A stretch of 64,000 nucleotides of DNA from Spirochaetaceae bacterium (lineage in GTDB: Bacteria; Spirochaetota; Spirochaetia; DSM-2461). The stretch is from positions 672,001-736,000 of the forward strand of contig OZ245056.1 of the NCBI GenBank assembly GCA_965224705.1, given 5' to 3'. How positions within the stretch are numbered: position 1 is the stretch's first letter; every line of letters starts with the position of its first letter. The notes beneath the pieces are model-generated. The model ran no database searches. It was given only the letters and a program-made list of their open reading frames with translations, and was not told the origin of the DNA. Below are positions 30,302 through 39,519 of this stretch, piece by piece. The position numbers and the translations under genes are program-made.

Positions 30302-32316
30302 GACTTTCCCTGCTGTATGAGTTCCGGCACAACCGGCAGACTGTTGATTTTGTTTCCGGAAGCCTGCCTTACAGCCTGAATGAATGCGGCCGGAACCAGA
30401 AGCCAGGGAAGTGAAGAGACATCTCTGGATGGCCGTTTCACACTGTTTTTGTAGAACTGAACATTGATTCCGGGTATAAGCGCTCCTTTTCTCAAGCCTG
30501 TACACCATAATAAGGCTTCCTCGACTGAGTTTTCAACAGCAGCAAGTGCATTATCCGGCAATATAAGCCGCCCGCCATCGATGCTAAGCCAGACCTGGAC
30601 TGATTCCAGACTTGAAGTTACAGTGGACAATACGACTTCCACGATTCCTGCACCCCATGAATAGAAATCACAGGGAGAACCGGTCATTTCCTTCCAGTCC
30701 CGGGTCTTGCTGCTTCTCCGATTGACCCGGTCTATGGTGATGGGTAATGCTTCCCTGAAACGGCGTTTGGAGAGATTCGAAAATGCCTGTTCAAGCTGAC
30801 GGGTGTAAACAGACACATGACTTCCAAGGATGGCGGGATCACATGTTTTTCTGCTGGTTTCAAAGTGATAATCAAATTCCACGTCCTTTTCATCGATTCC
30901 AAGGGCATGGACCGCCATGGCTGTCCATGCCTCACGGAGAGGGCCAGGGGCTTCAGACGGCATACGTATCCGCAGTTTTCCGTCCATATCAAGTGTAATA
31001 GACAGGGCAGCCGCCTGTGTCTCCCCAAAAGAGTTTATTAAACCATTGCCAAAGCCTGCGCAGGTTAATCCGACACCTCTGATGTATTCTGGAGCCAGTC
31101 TCAGTTTCTCATAATTGAGACGGTTTTGATTACTGGAGGAGAATTTACGCTCAAAATCAGATGGAGGAAGCAGTTCTTCAAGGAGTTCTGGAACCGAAAA
31201 ATCCTTCGGCAGAGAAATACCTCCCCCCATGGTTTGATGAGGTTCGGGAAGAATTCTGCGTTTCCATTCCGAGGGTAGTAAACGGGAGTTTTCCGGCATG
31301 TGAGATGCCAGCAATTCTCCGGCCAGATATCCAAGTTCAAGTCCTGCCGCCGGGCCAAAACCTGCAGGCGGTAGAGAGTTATAATGGATACATCCCTTTA
31401 TATGGTAATGAGGGCAGGGGTATAAACTGAAGATCCCCAGAATTATCCGATCGATAAGCTCTGATTCGAAGGGGAGCAGCGCTCCGGCTTCAATTGAAAC
31501 ATCACCTTCAATTGCAAGGATACGGCCATTCGATCCTACAGCTTTTCGGAGATTGAATGCGGCGCCTGGAATGACCGGCCCATGCGGAATCGCCTCAGGT
31601 GTTATGTTGAGATGAACTGACTGCCTGGTTTTCAATGAGAGAAATGCCGCAGTGATGGCCGAGAATGCAGGATAATAAAGATTGTCATGAATTCTCTGGC
31701 TGGAACCAGGTTTGAAGGCTGATACTTTTACAGATTTATTCGGCAGCTGCAGTATTTGTTTAATTTGTTTTCGAATGAATGCCAGCCAGGAGGCTTCAAG
31801 ATATAGGTGTAGGGAATTCCCATCGGCCAGGCAGGTAACACTTTCATACTTCATTTCCCTTTCTTTCAAGGGTATCAAAAAGGTTTCCTCAACGACATGA
31901 TCCGCCTTCTTGATTATATCCGATGCTTCCCCTTTGTTTCGTATAAATTCCTTTTCCACAGCCAGAGGATTGTCATCTTCGTTGATATCCAGCACGATAT
32001 TTGACAACCACTCATCGATGACATCCAGGTTTTCCCCAACAGCGGTCAAAATGGGCTGCCCCGGCCACAGGATTCTGTCTGAAGCCAGCACAGGCAGAGC
32101 ACATCCGCCGACTGTGAATTGTTTTGCACCGGGAAGACTCTCTGAAGTGACATAATGAAGGCCGGGGGGCCGGGGGGGAAGTTTCATTCCAGTGATTCGC
32201 CCTGTTTTTTTCGACGAGTACAGGGTTCGCCCTTCCAACACCTTTTTCGGTGCATAATCACCGGGTCTTTTGAACTGACCGGAAAACCTGTCCCTGAATT
32301 CACCAGCCTCAACCAT
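30298..32316 (-). CDS. Molybdopterin-binding (CoxL/XdhB-like) large subunit; strongly degenerate
   Basis: Hammerhead-like PVLASDRILWPGQPI, IEAGA, RGVGL and IDGG patterns. Adjacent to Fe-S and FAD subunit genes. Confidence 0.7.
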   Translation of the reverse strand: MVEAGEFRDRFSGQFKRPGDYAPKKVLEGRTLYSSKKTGRITGMKLPPRPPGLHYVTSESLPGAKQFTVGGCALPVLASDRILWPGQPILTAVGENLDVIDEWLSNIVLDINEDDNPLAVEKEFIRNKGEASDIIKKADHVVEETFLIPLKEREMKYESVTCLADGNSLHLYLEASWLAFIRKQIKQILQLPNKSVKVSAFKPGSSQRIHDNLYYPAFSAITAAFLSLKTRQSVHLNITPEAIPHGPVIPGAAFNLRKAVGSNGRILAIEGDVSIEAGALLPFESELIDRIILGIFSLYPCPHYHIKGCIHYNSLPPAGFGPAAGLELGYLAGELLASHMPENSRLLPSEWKRRILPEPHQTMGGGISLPKDFSVPELLEELLPPSDFERKFSSSNQNRLNYEKLRLAPEYIRGVGLTCAGFGNGLINSFGETQAAALSITLDMDGKLRIRMPSEAPGPLREAWTAMAVHALGIDEKDVEFDYHFETSRKTCDPAILGSHVSVYTRQLEQAFSNLSKRRFREALPITIDRVNRRSSKTRDWKEMTGSPCDFYSWGAGIVEVVLSTVTSSLESVQVWLSIDGGRLILPDNALAAVENSVEEALLWCTGLRKGALIPGINVQFYKNSVKRPSRDVSSLPWLLVPAAFIQAVRQASGNKINSLPVVPELIQQGKS

Positions 32317-33805
32317 GCAGCTCATCCTTTATAATTCTTATAATACGGTTTTGCTCCCGCCTTTTCAGTCCGGGCCAGAGTGGAATCGAAAGCAGTCGAT
32401 TTCCCAAATCTTCGGCCGCAGGATAATGGTCGGCATTCAATCGACAGCTTTCCTTCCAATACGTCATACGATGGAGGGGGATGAAATGGACAGAGGTTCC
32501 GATTCCTTCCTGATAGAGCCGTTGAGCCAGAGAATCTCTCAGTGCCCCCGTCCTTAATTTCAGCATGTAGAGATGCCATGAATGACCTTTAACATCCTCG
32601 GGAAGTTCAAGGTCATCAATACCCTTAAGTTCCTCGCTGTATACACTGGCAAGGTTTCTCCGCAAATTGAGAAGATGGCTGCTTTTCGCCAGTTGAACCC
32701 GGCCGATGGCCGCGGCCAGATCCGTCAGATTGTACTTGTAGCCTGGTTCCACAACATCATACTCCCAGGACCGGGCCCCTGCATGATCGGTATATCGATT
32801 CCATACGGTACGGTCTATTCCGTGGATTCTCATGCTTTTTATACGCTCATGGTATTTCTCATCACGGCTGACAATCATTCCTCCCTCACCTGTTGTCATT
32901 GTTTTTGTAGCGTAGAATGAAAACACACCCATATCGCCCAGAGTACCGGCAAAGCCTTCATCAGTACAGGAGGGAAAAGCATGAGCAGCATCTTCGACAA
33001 TGCTGGTAGAAGCGGATACAGCGTCTCGAATGGCATTGATATCGCATGGACAACCAGCCAGATGAACAGGTATGACAGCTTTCAGGCCCTGACTGACTTT
33101 GTTCAGAGCCTCAGGATCCATGTTGCCGTTTCCAGGGTGAGAATCGATGAAAACAGGCTCTGCTCCAAGATATCGTATAACGGCTGCCGTTGAGGTAAAA
33201 GTCAGGGAGGGAACGGCCACCCTGTCCCCGGGACCAATTCCCAGGGCCTTCAAAGCCAGATGAAGTCCTGCTGTGGCAGAATTTACGGCAGCAGCCCACA
33301 GCGGCTGCCGAGGATTATCACCTTTGAGGAATAAAGAAAACTCTTCTTCAAATAGTGCCGTCTCTGAGCCAGTCGTTAACCAGCCGCTTTTGATGACTCG
33401 CCTGGCAGCAGAGATTTCTTTCCGTCCAAGATGGGGTTTGAAGAAGGGGATGGACAGCCCAGGAGTCTGTCGGACTTTAAGACTTCGAGGCGATTTTTGA
33501 TGATTTTTTCCTGATGCAAGGCGACAAAAACGGAGCGCAGCTGGGCTGCGTGAGTATTTTGGCAACGCAGCAGCAGGGAAAAAGGGCAAAAATCGAGCCG
33601 TGAGGCGTAAGTCCGACAGGCTCCCAGGAGTCTGTCGGACTTTAAGACTTCGAGGCGATTTTCGATGATTTTTTCCTGATGCAAGGCGACAAAAACGGAG
33701 CGTAGCTGGGATACGTGAGTATTTTGGCAACGCAGCAGCAGGGAAAAAGGGCAAAAATCGAGCCGTGAGGCGTAAGTCCGACAGACTCCTAGTATTCCGG
33801 CTCAT
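32309..33805 (-). CDS. DegT/DnrJ/EryC1/StrS family PLP sugar aminotransferase carrying a 110-aa in-frame repeat insertion near the N-terminus
   Basis: SGWLTTG, VNSATAGLH, VEDAAHA, SFYATKTMTTGEGG and GYKYN. Removing 330 bp of repeat restores MSRNTRLSIPFFKP. Confidence 0.88.
   Translation of the reverse strand: MSRNTRSLSDLRLTARFLPFFPAAALPKYSRIPATLRFCRLASGKNHRKSPRSLKVRQTPGSLSDLRLTARFLPFFPAAALPKYSRSPAALRFCRLASGKNHQKSPRSLKVRQTPGLSIPFFKPHLGRKEISAARRVIKSGWLTTGSETALFEEEFSLFLKGDNPRQPLWAAAVNSATAGLHLALKALGIGPGDRVAVPSLTFTSTAAVIRYLGAEPVFIDSHPGNGNMDPEALNKVSQGLKAVIPVHLAGCPCDINAIRDAVSASTSIVEDAAHAFPSCTDEGFAGTLGDMGVFSFYATKTMTTGEGGMIVSRDEKYHERIKSMRIHGIDRTVWNRYTDHAGARSWEYDVVEPGYKYNLTDLAAAIGRVQLAKSSHLLNLRRNLASVYSEELKGIDDLELPEDVKGHSWHLYMLKLRTGALRDSLAQRLYQEGIGTSVHFIPLHRMTYWKESCRLNADHYPAAEDLGNRLLSIPLWPGLKRREQNRIIRIIKDELHG
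33463..33623 (+). mobile_element. 161-bp palindromic element, family 1, copy C (inside the degT-like CDS)
   Basis: GAGTCTGTCGGACTT...AAGTCCGACAGGCTC flanked by CCAG/CCAG. Confidence 0.92.
33628..33788 (+). mobile_element. 161-bp palindromic element, family 1, copy D (tandem with C, 165-bp period)
   Basis: GAGTCTGTCGGACTT...AAGTCCGACAGACTC flanked by CCAG/CTAG. The CTAG holds the capD-like stop codon. Confidence 0.92.
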
Positions 33806-35258
33806 TTTCAGGGGCCCTGACAGTTGAAAAATACTGGTTGATAAGCCGACGAAGTTCATGACGGTTGCGGAATACTCCCTTTTTATCCTCATGAAGAAAG
33901 ACAATGGGTTCAAGAGATTCAAGAATCTGATCAACATTTATATGAGCACTGGCCGGAAAGTGAACCTTGACTATACGCGGGTATTCTGTTTTCTTCGGAC
34001 TCTCATCAATCGACCAGAGGCATTCCATCTTCTTCTCGCCAGGCCGCATACCTGTAAAAATGATGGGAATAGTGTCTTCATCATATCCGTAAAACTCTAT
34101 CATCTGCCTGGCAAAGTCAACAATCCGCACAGGTTCACCCATGTCCAGGAGGTATAGACCTCCATCGGCTGCCAGACCCGCTGTCTTCAGAACCAGACTG
34201 ATCGCCTCAGGGATGGTCATGAACCACCTGCGGGCATCGGGATGGGTTACGGTAACAGGACCGCCGGAAAAAATCTGATTCTTGAAGAGGGGCATAATGC
34301 TTCCCCGTGAGCCAAGAACATTCCCAAAACGGACAACTGTAAACTCACGGCCAGCCTCCCTCTTGGATAGAACAATCATCTCTGCAATTCGTTTACTGAC
34401 GCCGTAAACGGAAGATGGTTCCACAGCCTTATCGGTGGAAATAAGTACGAATCGTTCCGTACCCGCATTGATGGCTGCTTCAACAAGATTTCGTGTTCCC
34501 ATTACATTGTTCTTCATCACTTCAATTGGATTGTGCTCCATCATGGGAACATGCTTGTGGGCTGCTCCGTGAAAAACAATATCCGCTTTCAATCGCCCGA
34601 GCAGAAAATTGACGTAATGCTTATCCTGAAGTTCTCCAATAACTGGAATAATTGTTGCTTTTTCTCCAACCCCGGCATCCTGGAGGCGTTTGATTTCCCG
34701 CTGAATGTTCCAGATACTGTTTTCACCATGTCCAAGAAGGTAGAGGCGTTCAGCTCCGCCATAGAGAAGCTGGCGTGAGAGTTCACTTCCAATACTCCCG
34801 CCTGCACCTGTTACAAGAACCCGCCTCCCCCGGACATAGGATAAGCTTTCCTTCAGATCAATAAGAACAGGTTCACGGCCCAATAAATCCTGGGGATCCA
34901 TGTCCCTTGCCTGAACAATGTGTGGAGCCGCGGAAACAATCTGGCTGATCGGAGGAAGTATTCTGATGCGCTGAAAATTCGCCTCCCTTAGAATTCGATG
35001 AACCTCAGAGAGCCTTTTTCTTGACTCGGAAGGCAGGGCTATCAATACTTCCGCATCCTGACCGCTGTCAAGAATCCCCACACAAGAATCAATTGGCCCA
35101 AAAACGGGGATATTATCGATCATTGTACCGATTGTTTCCCTGTCATCATCCAGAAAGGCGACAACATGACTGTTGAAGCTGTTTTCCTGGATTTCCCGGG
35201 CTATAGATTGTGCGTATTGTCCTGCACCGACAATATAGATTCGATTGCCCTTGACCAT
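33789..35258 (-). CDS. CapD/PglF-like nucleoside-diphosphate sugar 4,6-dehydratase with no N-terminal TM region
   Basis: TGAGGSIGSEL, AAHKHVP, ISTDKAV, YGVSK, VRFGNVLGSRGS and GMRPGEK. Confidence 0.9.
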   Translation of the reverse strand: MVKGNRIYIVGAGQYAQSIAREIQENSFNSHVVAFLDDDRETIGTMIDNIPVFGPIDSCVGILDSGQDAEVLIALPSESRKRLSEVHRILREANFQRIRILPPISQIVSAAPHIVQARDMDPQDLLGREPVLIDLKESLSYVRGRRVLVTGAGGSIGSELSRQLLYGGAERLYLLGHGENSIWNIQREIKRLQDAGVGEKATIIPVIGELQDKHYVNFLLGRLKADIVFHGAAHKHVPMMEHNPIEVMKNNVMGTRNLVEAAINAGTERFVLISTDKAVEPSSVYGVSKRIAEMIVLSKREAGREFTVVRFGNVLGSRGSIMPLFKNQIFSGGPVTVTHPDARRWFMTIPEAISLVLKTAGLAADGGLYLLDMGEPVRIVDFARQMIEFYGYDEDTIPIIFTGMRPGEKKMECLWSIDESPKKTEYPRIVKVHFPASAHINVDQILESLEPIVFLHEDKKGVFRNRHELRRLINQYFSTVRAPENEPEY

Positions 35259-35341
35259 TCCGACAATGTAGCATTGAATTGGTGTCAGGGGAAGTGTAAA
35301 CCTGTTCTCATTTTATTCCCGGAGTATCCGAAACTAATGAT

Positions 35342-35815
35342 ATGAGCAATTTCAAGATACTTACTATCAGTCTCTTTTTGCTGACTGGCAGCGTTCTGAC
35401 GGTATGGTCGGAGTCATTATTAATAGCAACTCATATCCGGATGCCTCTGAAATCAATGGATAGAAATGAAATGGTAAAAGTCTCTTCAATGGAATCAGGC
35501 ATTATGGAAACATTGTTCGATGATGGTCATGTATTCTTTAACATCTACAATCACCCGAAGGCAGATGGGGAGAGCATGACAACTGAAAACCTTATATCGA
35601 TGTCCGGAAAGCTTGATTCTGACTATCTTCTGGAGTTGATCCCGGATGAGTCGGGGACAGTTTGGAATCTGTACAGAACCAGTAACTCAAGACGACTGAT
35701 AGAAAACCATGAAAACATATCTCAAGTTGACGATAGTTATAATTTCGAAAAGCGTTGGTATGCATTGGGTCAAATTCTGGGTAGAGCCGTAACTGACGCT
35801 ATTACCGTTCATTGA
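35342..35815 (+). CDS. Hypothetical exported protein
   Basis: 157-aa ORF with a signal-peptide-like N-terminus, directly upstream of the next gene. Confidence 0.7.
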   Translation: MSNFKILTISLFLLTGSVLTVWSESLLIATHIRMPLKSMDRNEMVKVSSMESGIMETLFDDGHVFFNIYNHPKADGESMTTENLISMSGKLDSDYLLELIPDESGTVWNLYRTSNSRRLIENHENISQVDDSYNFEKRWYALGQILGRAVTDAITVH

Positions 35816-35831
35816 ATCGGAGGTAGTAGAC

Positions 35832-37472
35832 ATGAAAAAAATTCTCACGGTCTTCCTTCTTATAATGACTGGCACTTCCATCAGTACAGGAAGTGAAATC
35901 ACATTGGAAGCCATTGTTGGAAATGGCTCCAAATTTCCTGGCGTGTCCACAAACATGCGTGTTATGTCCAATTCCTTTCCTCCGGGAACCATGCTGCAGG
36001 TAACAAAACTTGGAAGTGAGGCGAGCGTTGAAGTTGAAGTTGTCAGTCGGCACACCCTGTCAGCCATGCACATACTGATTGAAGAATCGGCGGCGGCGGC
36101 AATCGGCTTACCAAAAGATCGGCCGTTTCCTGTACTGGTCGCGCCGATATCCAATACTCAGGTATCCAGGCCGTTACCATTTCAGAGTTACGATTATCTT
36201 ACCAGTCGGGATCCCGACATAAACCCCACGGCCGAATCGTACATGCTGGGAATCGAGTCCACCCCTCCGGCAGCCGCTGATGTGGATGAGGATCCCCCCC
36301 AGGTTCAGTTAGTTGAGCCTGTAGAGGATTCTTCGGATGAGGAACACATCGACGTTGCTGAAGACACAAGCGATGAATCAGTCAGTGATATTCCAGTGGA
36401 ACCTCCATTCGTTGAAGATGAACTGGTTGATGCCGCATTAGATGAACCCGATAAAACTGATTCTGATATGGACTCCTATCCTTCTTCCCTCCTGGATGTC
36501 CATGAGGGATTTGAAGGCGAATTGGCCGAAGAACCGGTTGACGAATACAGAGATGAAATTGCAGGAGAATATGCCGAGTTTTCTTCTGAAGACACGACAG
36601 AAGACAAAACCCTGCTCCCTCCTGTCGCAAGTGTTCCCCCCTATGATGATATCTCAGATATTGATCCAAACCCGGTTCCTGTATTCGATCTGTCAGAAAA
36701 CGATGAACCGGAAATTTCGGAACCGGAAACCGATGAGGACGATCCGCCTGTTATGGATGATGAGACATTTGAATCACACCCACTTTTCACAGACGGCAGT
36801 CCCATCATTGCAGAGGATGAATTATTCCTGACTGATGATAGCAATGCAGGCGAAGAGACTGAACCCCTGATTGATGATGACAGTCTCTATTCTGATAATG
36901 AGGAGCCCTTCCTCGTGAAAGATAACTCAACGATTCTGGACGATGATGATATTGAGAACAAAGAGTTTTTCCTGACTGCAGCAGAACTCAGTCCACCCGA
37001 TCCCGTAGAAACTTCGGAATGGGATGATGATGGACCGGATGACAATGAATCATTCATAGACGATAGTTTACTGTCTGATACAGATCCCCTGACAGACCCA
37101 CTGACAGACCCACTGACAGACCCACTGACAGACCCACTGGTTGACACGGCAATCATCGTCGACAAAGCACCAGTTACGGACGATACAATGCTGTTTGATG
37201 AATGGGGAGAAAAGCATGGATTGAATCAAGTTGCTCCAGGCACAAACAAGTACTATGTGCAAATCGGTGCATACAATGACATCAATGTAATGAAAGATAC
37301 GATTGACCGAATAAAAATGAACTCACCAGAGTACCCATTGAGCTATAAAAGGAATGAAGAAGGTACAATCTATCGTCTGTTGATCGGGCCCCTCTTTTCA
37401 GCCGAAAAAGCTGTGGTCTTACGGACGATCCATGCCACGATATCTCCAGATGCATTTCATTACTCACCATAA
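35832..37472 (+). CDS. SPOR-domain protein with a signal peptide, RlpA/DPBB-like N-terminus and long acidic linker
   Basis: SNSFPPGTMLQV...AAAAIGL (DPBB-like). C-terminal YYVQIGAY...YRLLIGP...DAF (SPOR). GAGGT RBS. Confidence 0.8.
   Translation: MKKILTVFLLIMTGTSISTGSEITLEAIVGNGSKFPGVSTNMRVMSNSFPPGTMLQVTKLGSEASVEVEVVSRHTLSAMHILIEESAAAAIGLPKDRPFPVLVAPISNTQVSRPLPFQSYDYLTSRDPDINPTAESYMLGIESTPPAAADVDEDPPQVQLVEPVEDSSDEEHIDVAEDTSDESVSDIPVEPPFVEDELVDAALDEPDKTDSDMDSYPSSLLDVHEGFEGELAEEPVDEYRDEIAGEYAEFSSEDTTEDKTLLPPVASVPPYDDISDIDPNPVPVFDLSENDEPEISEPETDEDDPPVMDDETFESHPLFTDGSPIIAEDELFLTDDSNAGEETEPLIDDDSLYSDNEEPFLVKDNSTILDDDDIENKEFFLTAAELSPPDPVETSEWDDDGPDDNESFIDDSLLSDTDPLTDPLTDPLTDPLTDPLVDTAIIVDKAPVTDDTMLFDEWGEKHGLNQVAPGTNKYYVQIGAYNDINVMKDTIDRIKMNSPEYPLSYKRNEEGTIYRLLIGPLFSAEKAVVLRTIHATISPDAFHYSP
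37080..37139 (+). repeat. 12-bp tandem repeat x5 encoding TDPL
   Basis: ACAGATCCCCTG followed by (ACAGACCCACTG)x4. Confidence 0.95.
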
Positions 37473-37510
37473 CCTGTTGATAGAGACCCATGTTCGGGAA
37501 GAAAATTACT

Positions 37511-37598
37511 GTGTCAGGAAGCCTGTTGATTGGAATAATTGCTCTCATTAGAAAGATTAACATACTATGGAACAGTATTACGAAACAGACTCCCAACA
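37511..37598 (+). repeat. Degenerate family-2-like TIR element overlapping the 3' end of the DtxR-family gene
   Basis: Imperfect ends GTGTCAGGAAGCCTGTT...AACAGACTCCCAAC. Confidence 0.45.
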
Positions 37599-38258
37599 GA
37601 GATGGATTCCAAATTCTCGGGGAATCTCAATTCTCTCAGAACCATCCCGGCAGAGGATATATTCCTGAGAATGCTCCACTCCTGTTAAAACCTTCCCTGG
37701 CTGTATTCCCTTTTCAAAACAAAACGGCAGTAATCCGGGAAAGAGCTCACCTTCCTCGGTGATTCTTAAGATGCAGATATCTGAGCCATCGGCAGCATCT
37801 ATCAATTTTGGGGCATTCAGGTATCTCTTTTCCAGGGGAGAACCGGGCAGGGGATTGCCATGGGGGCAGGTTTGAGGACTGCCCAATTGTTTCTCAAGAT
37901 GCTCGATGAAGTCATCAGAGACGACTGTCTGCAATGATGAAGCCTCATCATCACATTTGTCCCAGGGATAGCCAAGTACATTCGACAGCAGGTGTTCCAG
38001 GAGCACATGACGATGAACAATGATTTCAGCAATCTTCCGGCCGGATTGTGTCAGGCAGATAACATCATACTTTTTCTGACTCACAAGATTGAGCTTCTTC
38101 AACCGTTTAACAGCCTGAGTGACTGCTGGGCGAGAAACTTTGAGTCGATCGGCCAGAATGGCATTCGGGACTGAGCCATTATCCCTTTCAATAAAGAAAA
38201 TCTGTGCAAGGTATTCAGCAGCGACTGGAGATTGAGACTTAAGATCATTCAGGTTCAA
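37578..38258 (-). CDS. DtxR/MntR family metal-dependent transcriptional regulator with a FeoA-like C-terminus
   Basis: EYL..IF, LADRLKVSRPAVT HTH, HRHVLLEHLL and TCPHGNPLP. Confidence 0.9.
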   Translation of the reverse strand: MNLNDLKSQSPVAAEYLAQIFFIERDNGSVPNAILADRLKVSRPAVTQAVKRLKKLNLVSQKKYDVICLTQSGRKIAEIIVHRHVLLEHLLSNVLGYPWDKCDDEASSLQTVVSDDFIEHLEKQLGSPQTCPHGNPLPGSPLEKRYLNAPKLIDAADGSDICILRITEEGELFPGLLPFCFEKGIQPGKVLTGVEHSQEYILCRDGSERIEIPREFGIHLCWESVS

Positions 38259-38402
38259 TTCCTGCTCCCATATTGCATCATCTATTTGTCTACTCTGATT
38301 CGACTTCCCATATTACCTCATCCTGTGAATATATGCAAGTTCAAAAATCACAGAGCTGTTTACGCATCTTGACCATCCTGCCGTCGATGTCAAAAATATG
38401 AA

Positions 38403-39473
38403 ATGCTCTATCCCCCAGGATCACCGCATAACTACCTCCACCCTGGAAATATCGCCGTCATGATACTCCTCATAATGAGTATTTCCTGCACCAGACAAAG
38501 CGTCTCCGGGAACTACATTGAGCAAAGTCAATTTCTTCTTGATACAGTTACAACAATAAAAATCTACGATTACAGGGATGAGAAACTCTTAACAGATGCA
38601 TTCGACAGAATTGCCGCCTTAGAAAGAGAACTGAGCCGCTATCATTCCGAGAGTGAGGTCTCAGAAATAAACAATGCGGATGCGGGAACTCTGGTCAAGA
38701 TTGGAGACAATGTAATTCAGATTCTGGGTGCAGCTGTTCGATACGCAGAGCTTTCAGGGGGAGCCTTTGATCCCTCAATTGGGCCTCTGGTTGATCTCTG
38801 GGGATTCGGCAGAGAAAATCCTCAGATACCCGATACTCAAGAATTAAACAAGGTCCTTCCCCTGGTCAACTTCAGAGAAATTCATATCAATTCTGAAACT
38901 GAGGAAGCAGGTTTTAATAAACCAGGAATGAAACTTGATTTAGGGGGAATTACAAAGGGCTGGATAGCAGATGAAATTGCCCGCTACCTCATCGACAATG
39001 GAGCTGAACACTTCATCATCGATCTTGGAGGAAATGTAAGGCTGGCTGGAGGTAAACCCGGCGGCACAAACTTTGTCATTGGTTTGCAGGATCCCTTTAA
39101 CGACAGGGGCAGTTACCTTGGTTTATTGACCCTGAAAGAAGGCTCCATCATTACTTCGGGTGTGTATGAACGGTATTTCGAAATTGATGGAATTCGCTAT
39201 CATCACATTCTGGATACAAAAACCGGTTATCCGGTGGAAAACATGCTTGCCTCAGTCACAATAATCAGTCCTTATTCCATGGATGGCGATGCTCTTTCAA
39301 CAGCCATTTTCGCTCTGGGTCTGCAGGCTGGATTGGAAATTGTAATGGATCTGGAAAACATTGAGGCCGTATTCATTACCAGGCAGAAAAACATAATTGT
39401 CACGCCCGCCATTGCCTCATCTTTTGAAGCTGAAGAGGGGATTTCAGTACAGATTCATTCTGAATGGGAATGA
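38403..39473 (+). CDS. apbE: FAD:protein FMN transferase lipoprotein
   Basis: GAFDPSIGPL, LDLGGITKG, DLGGNV, TSGVYERY, YHHILD and DALST. Lipobox-like SISC. Start codon is uncertain. Confidence 0.92.
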   Translation: MLYPPGSPHNYLHPGNIAVMILLIMSISCTRQSVSGNYIEQSQFLLDTVTTIKIYDYRDEKLLTDAFDRIAALERELSRYHSESEVSEINNADAGTLVKIGDNVIQILGAAVRYAELSGGAFDPSIGPLVDLWGFGRENPQIPDTQELNKVLPLVNFREIHINSETEEAGFNKPGMKLDLGGITKGWIADEIARYLIDNGAEHFIIDLGGNVRLAGGKPGGTNFVIGLQDPFNDRGSYLGLLTLKEGSIITSGVYERYFEIDGIRYHHILDTKTGYPVENMLASVTIISPYSMDGDALSTAIFALGLQAGLEIVMDLENIEAVFITRQKNIIVTPAIASSFEAEEGISVQIHSEWE

Positions 39474-39519
39474 AACCAGGCAGTACATCCTGTATCAGGA
39501 GCCGCATCCCTCTTCCATG

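Noticed and set aside
33459..33792. Tandem repeat as a CRISPR array
   Set aside because: The units are near-identical 165-bp copies with no unique spacers, and there are no cas genes in the window.
32309..33937. 542-aa ORF start at 33937 for the degT-like gene
   Set aside because: It overlaps the capD-like gene by about 150 bp. ATG 33805 gives a normal N-terminus once the repeats are removed.
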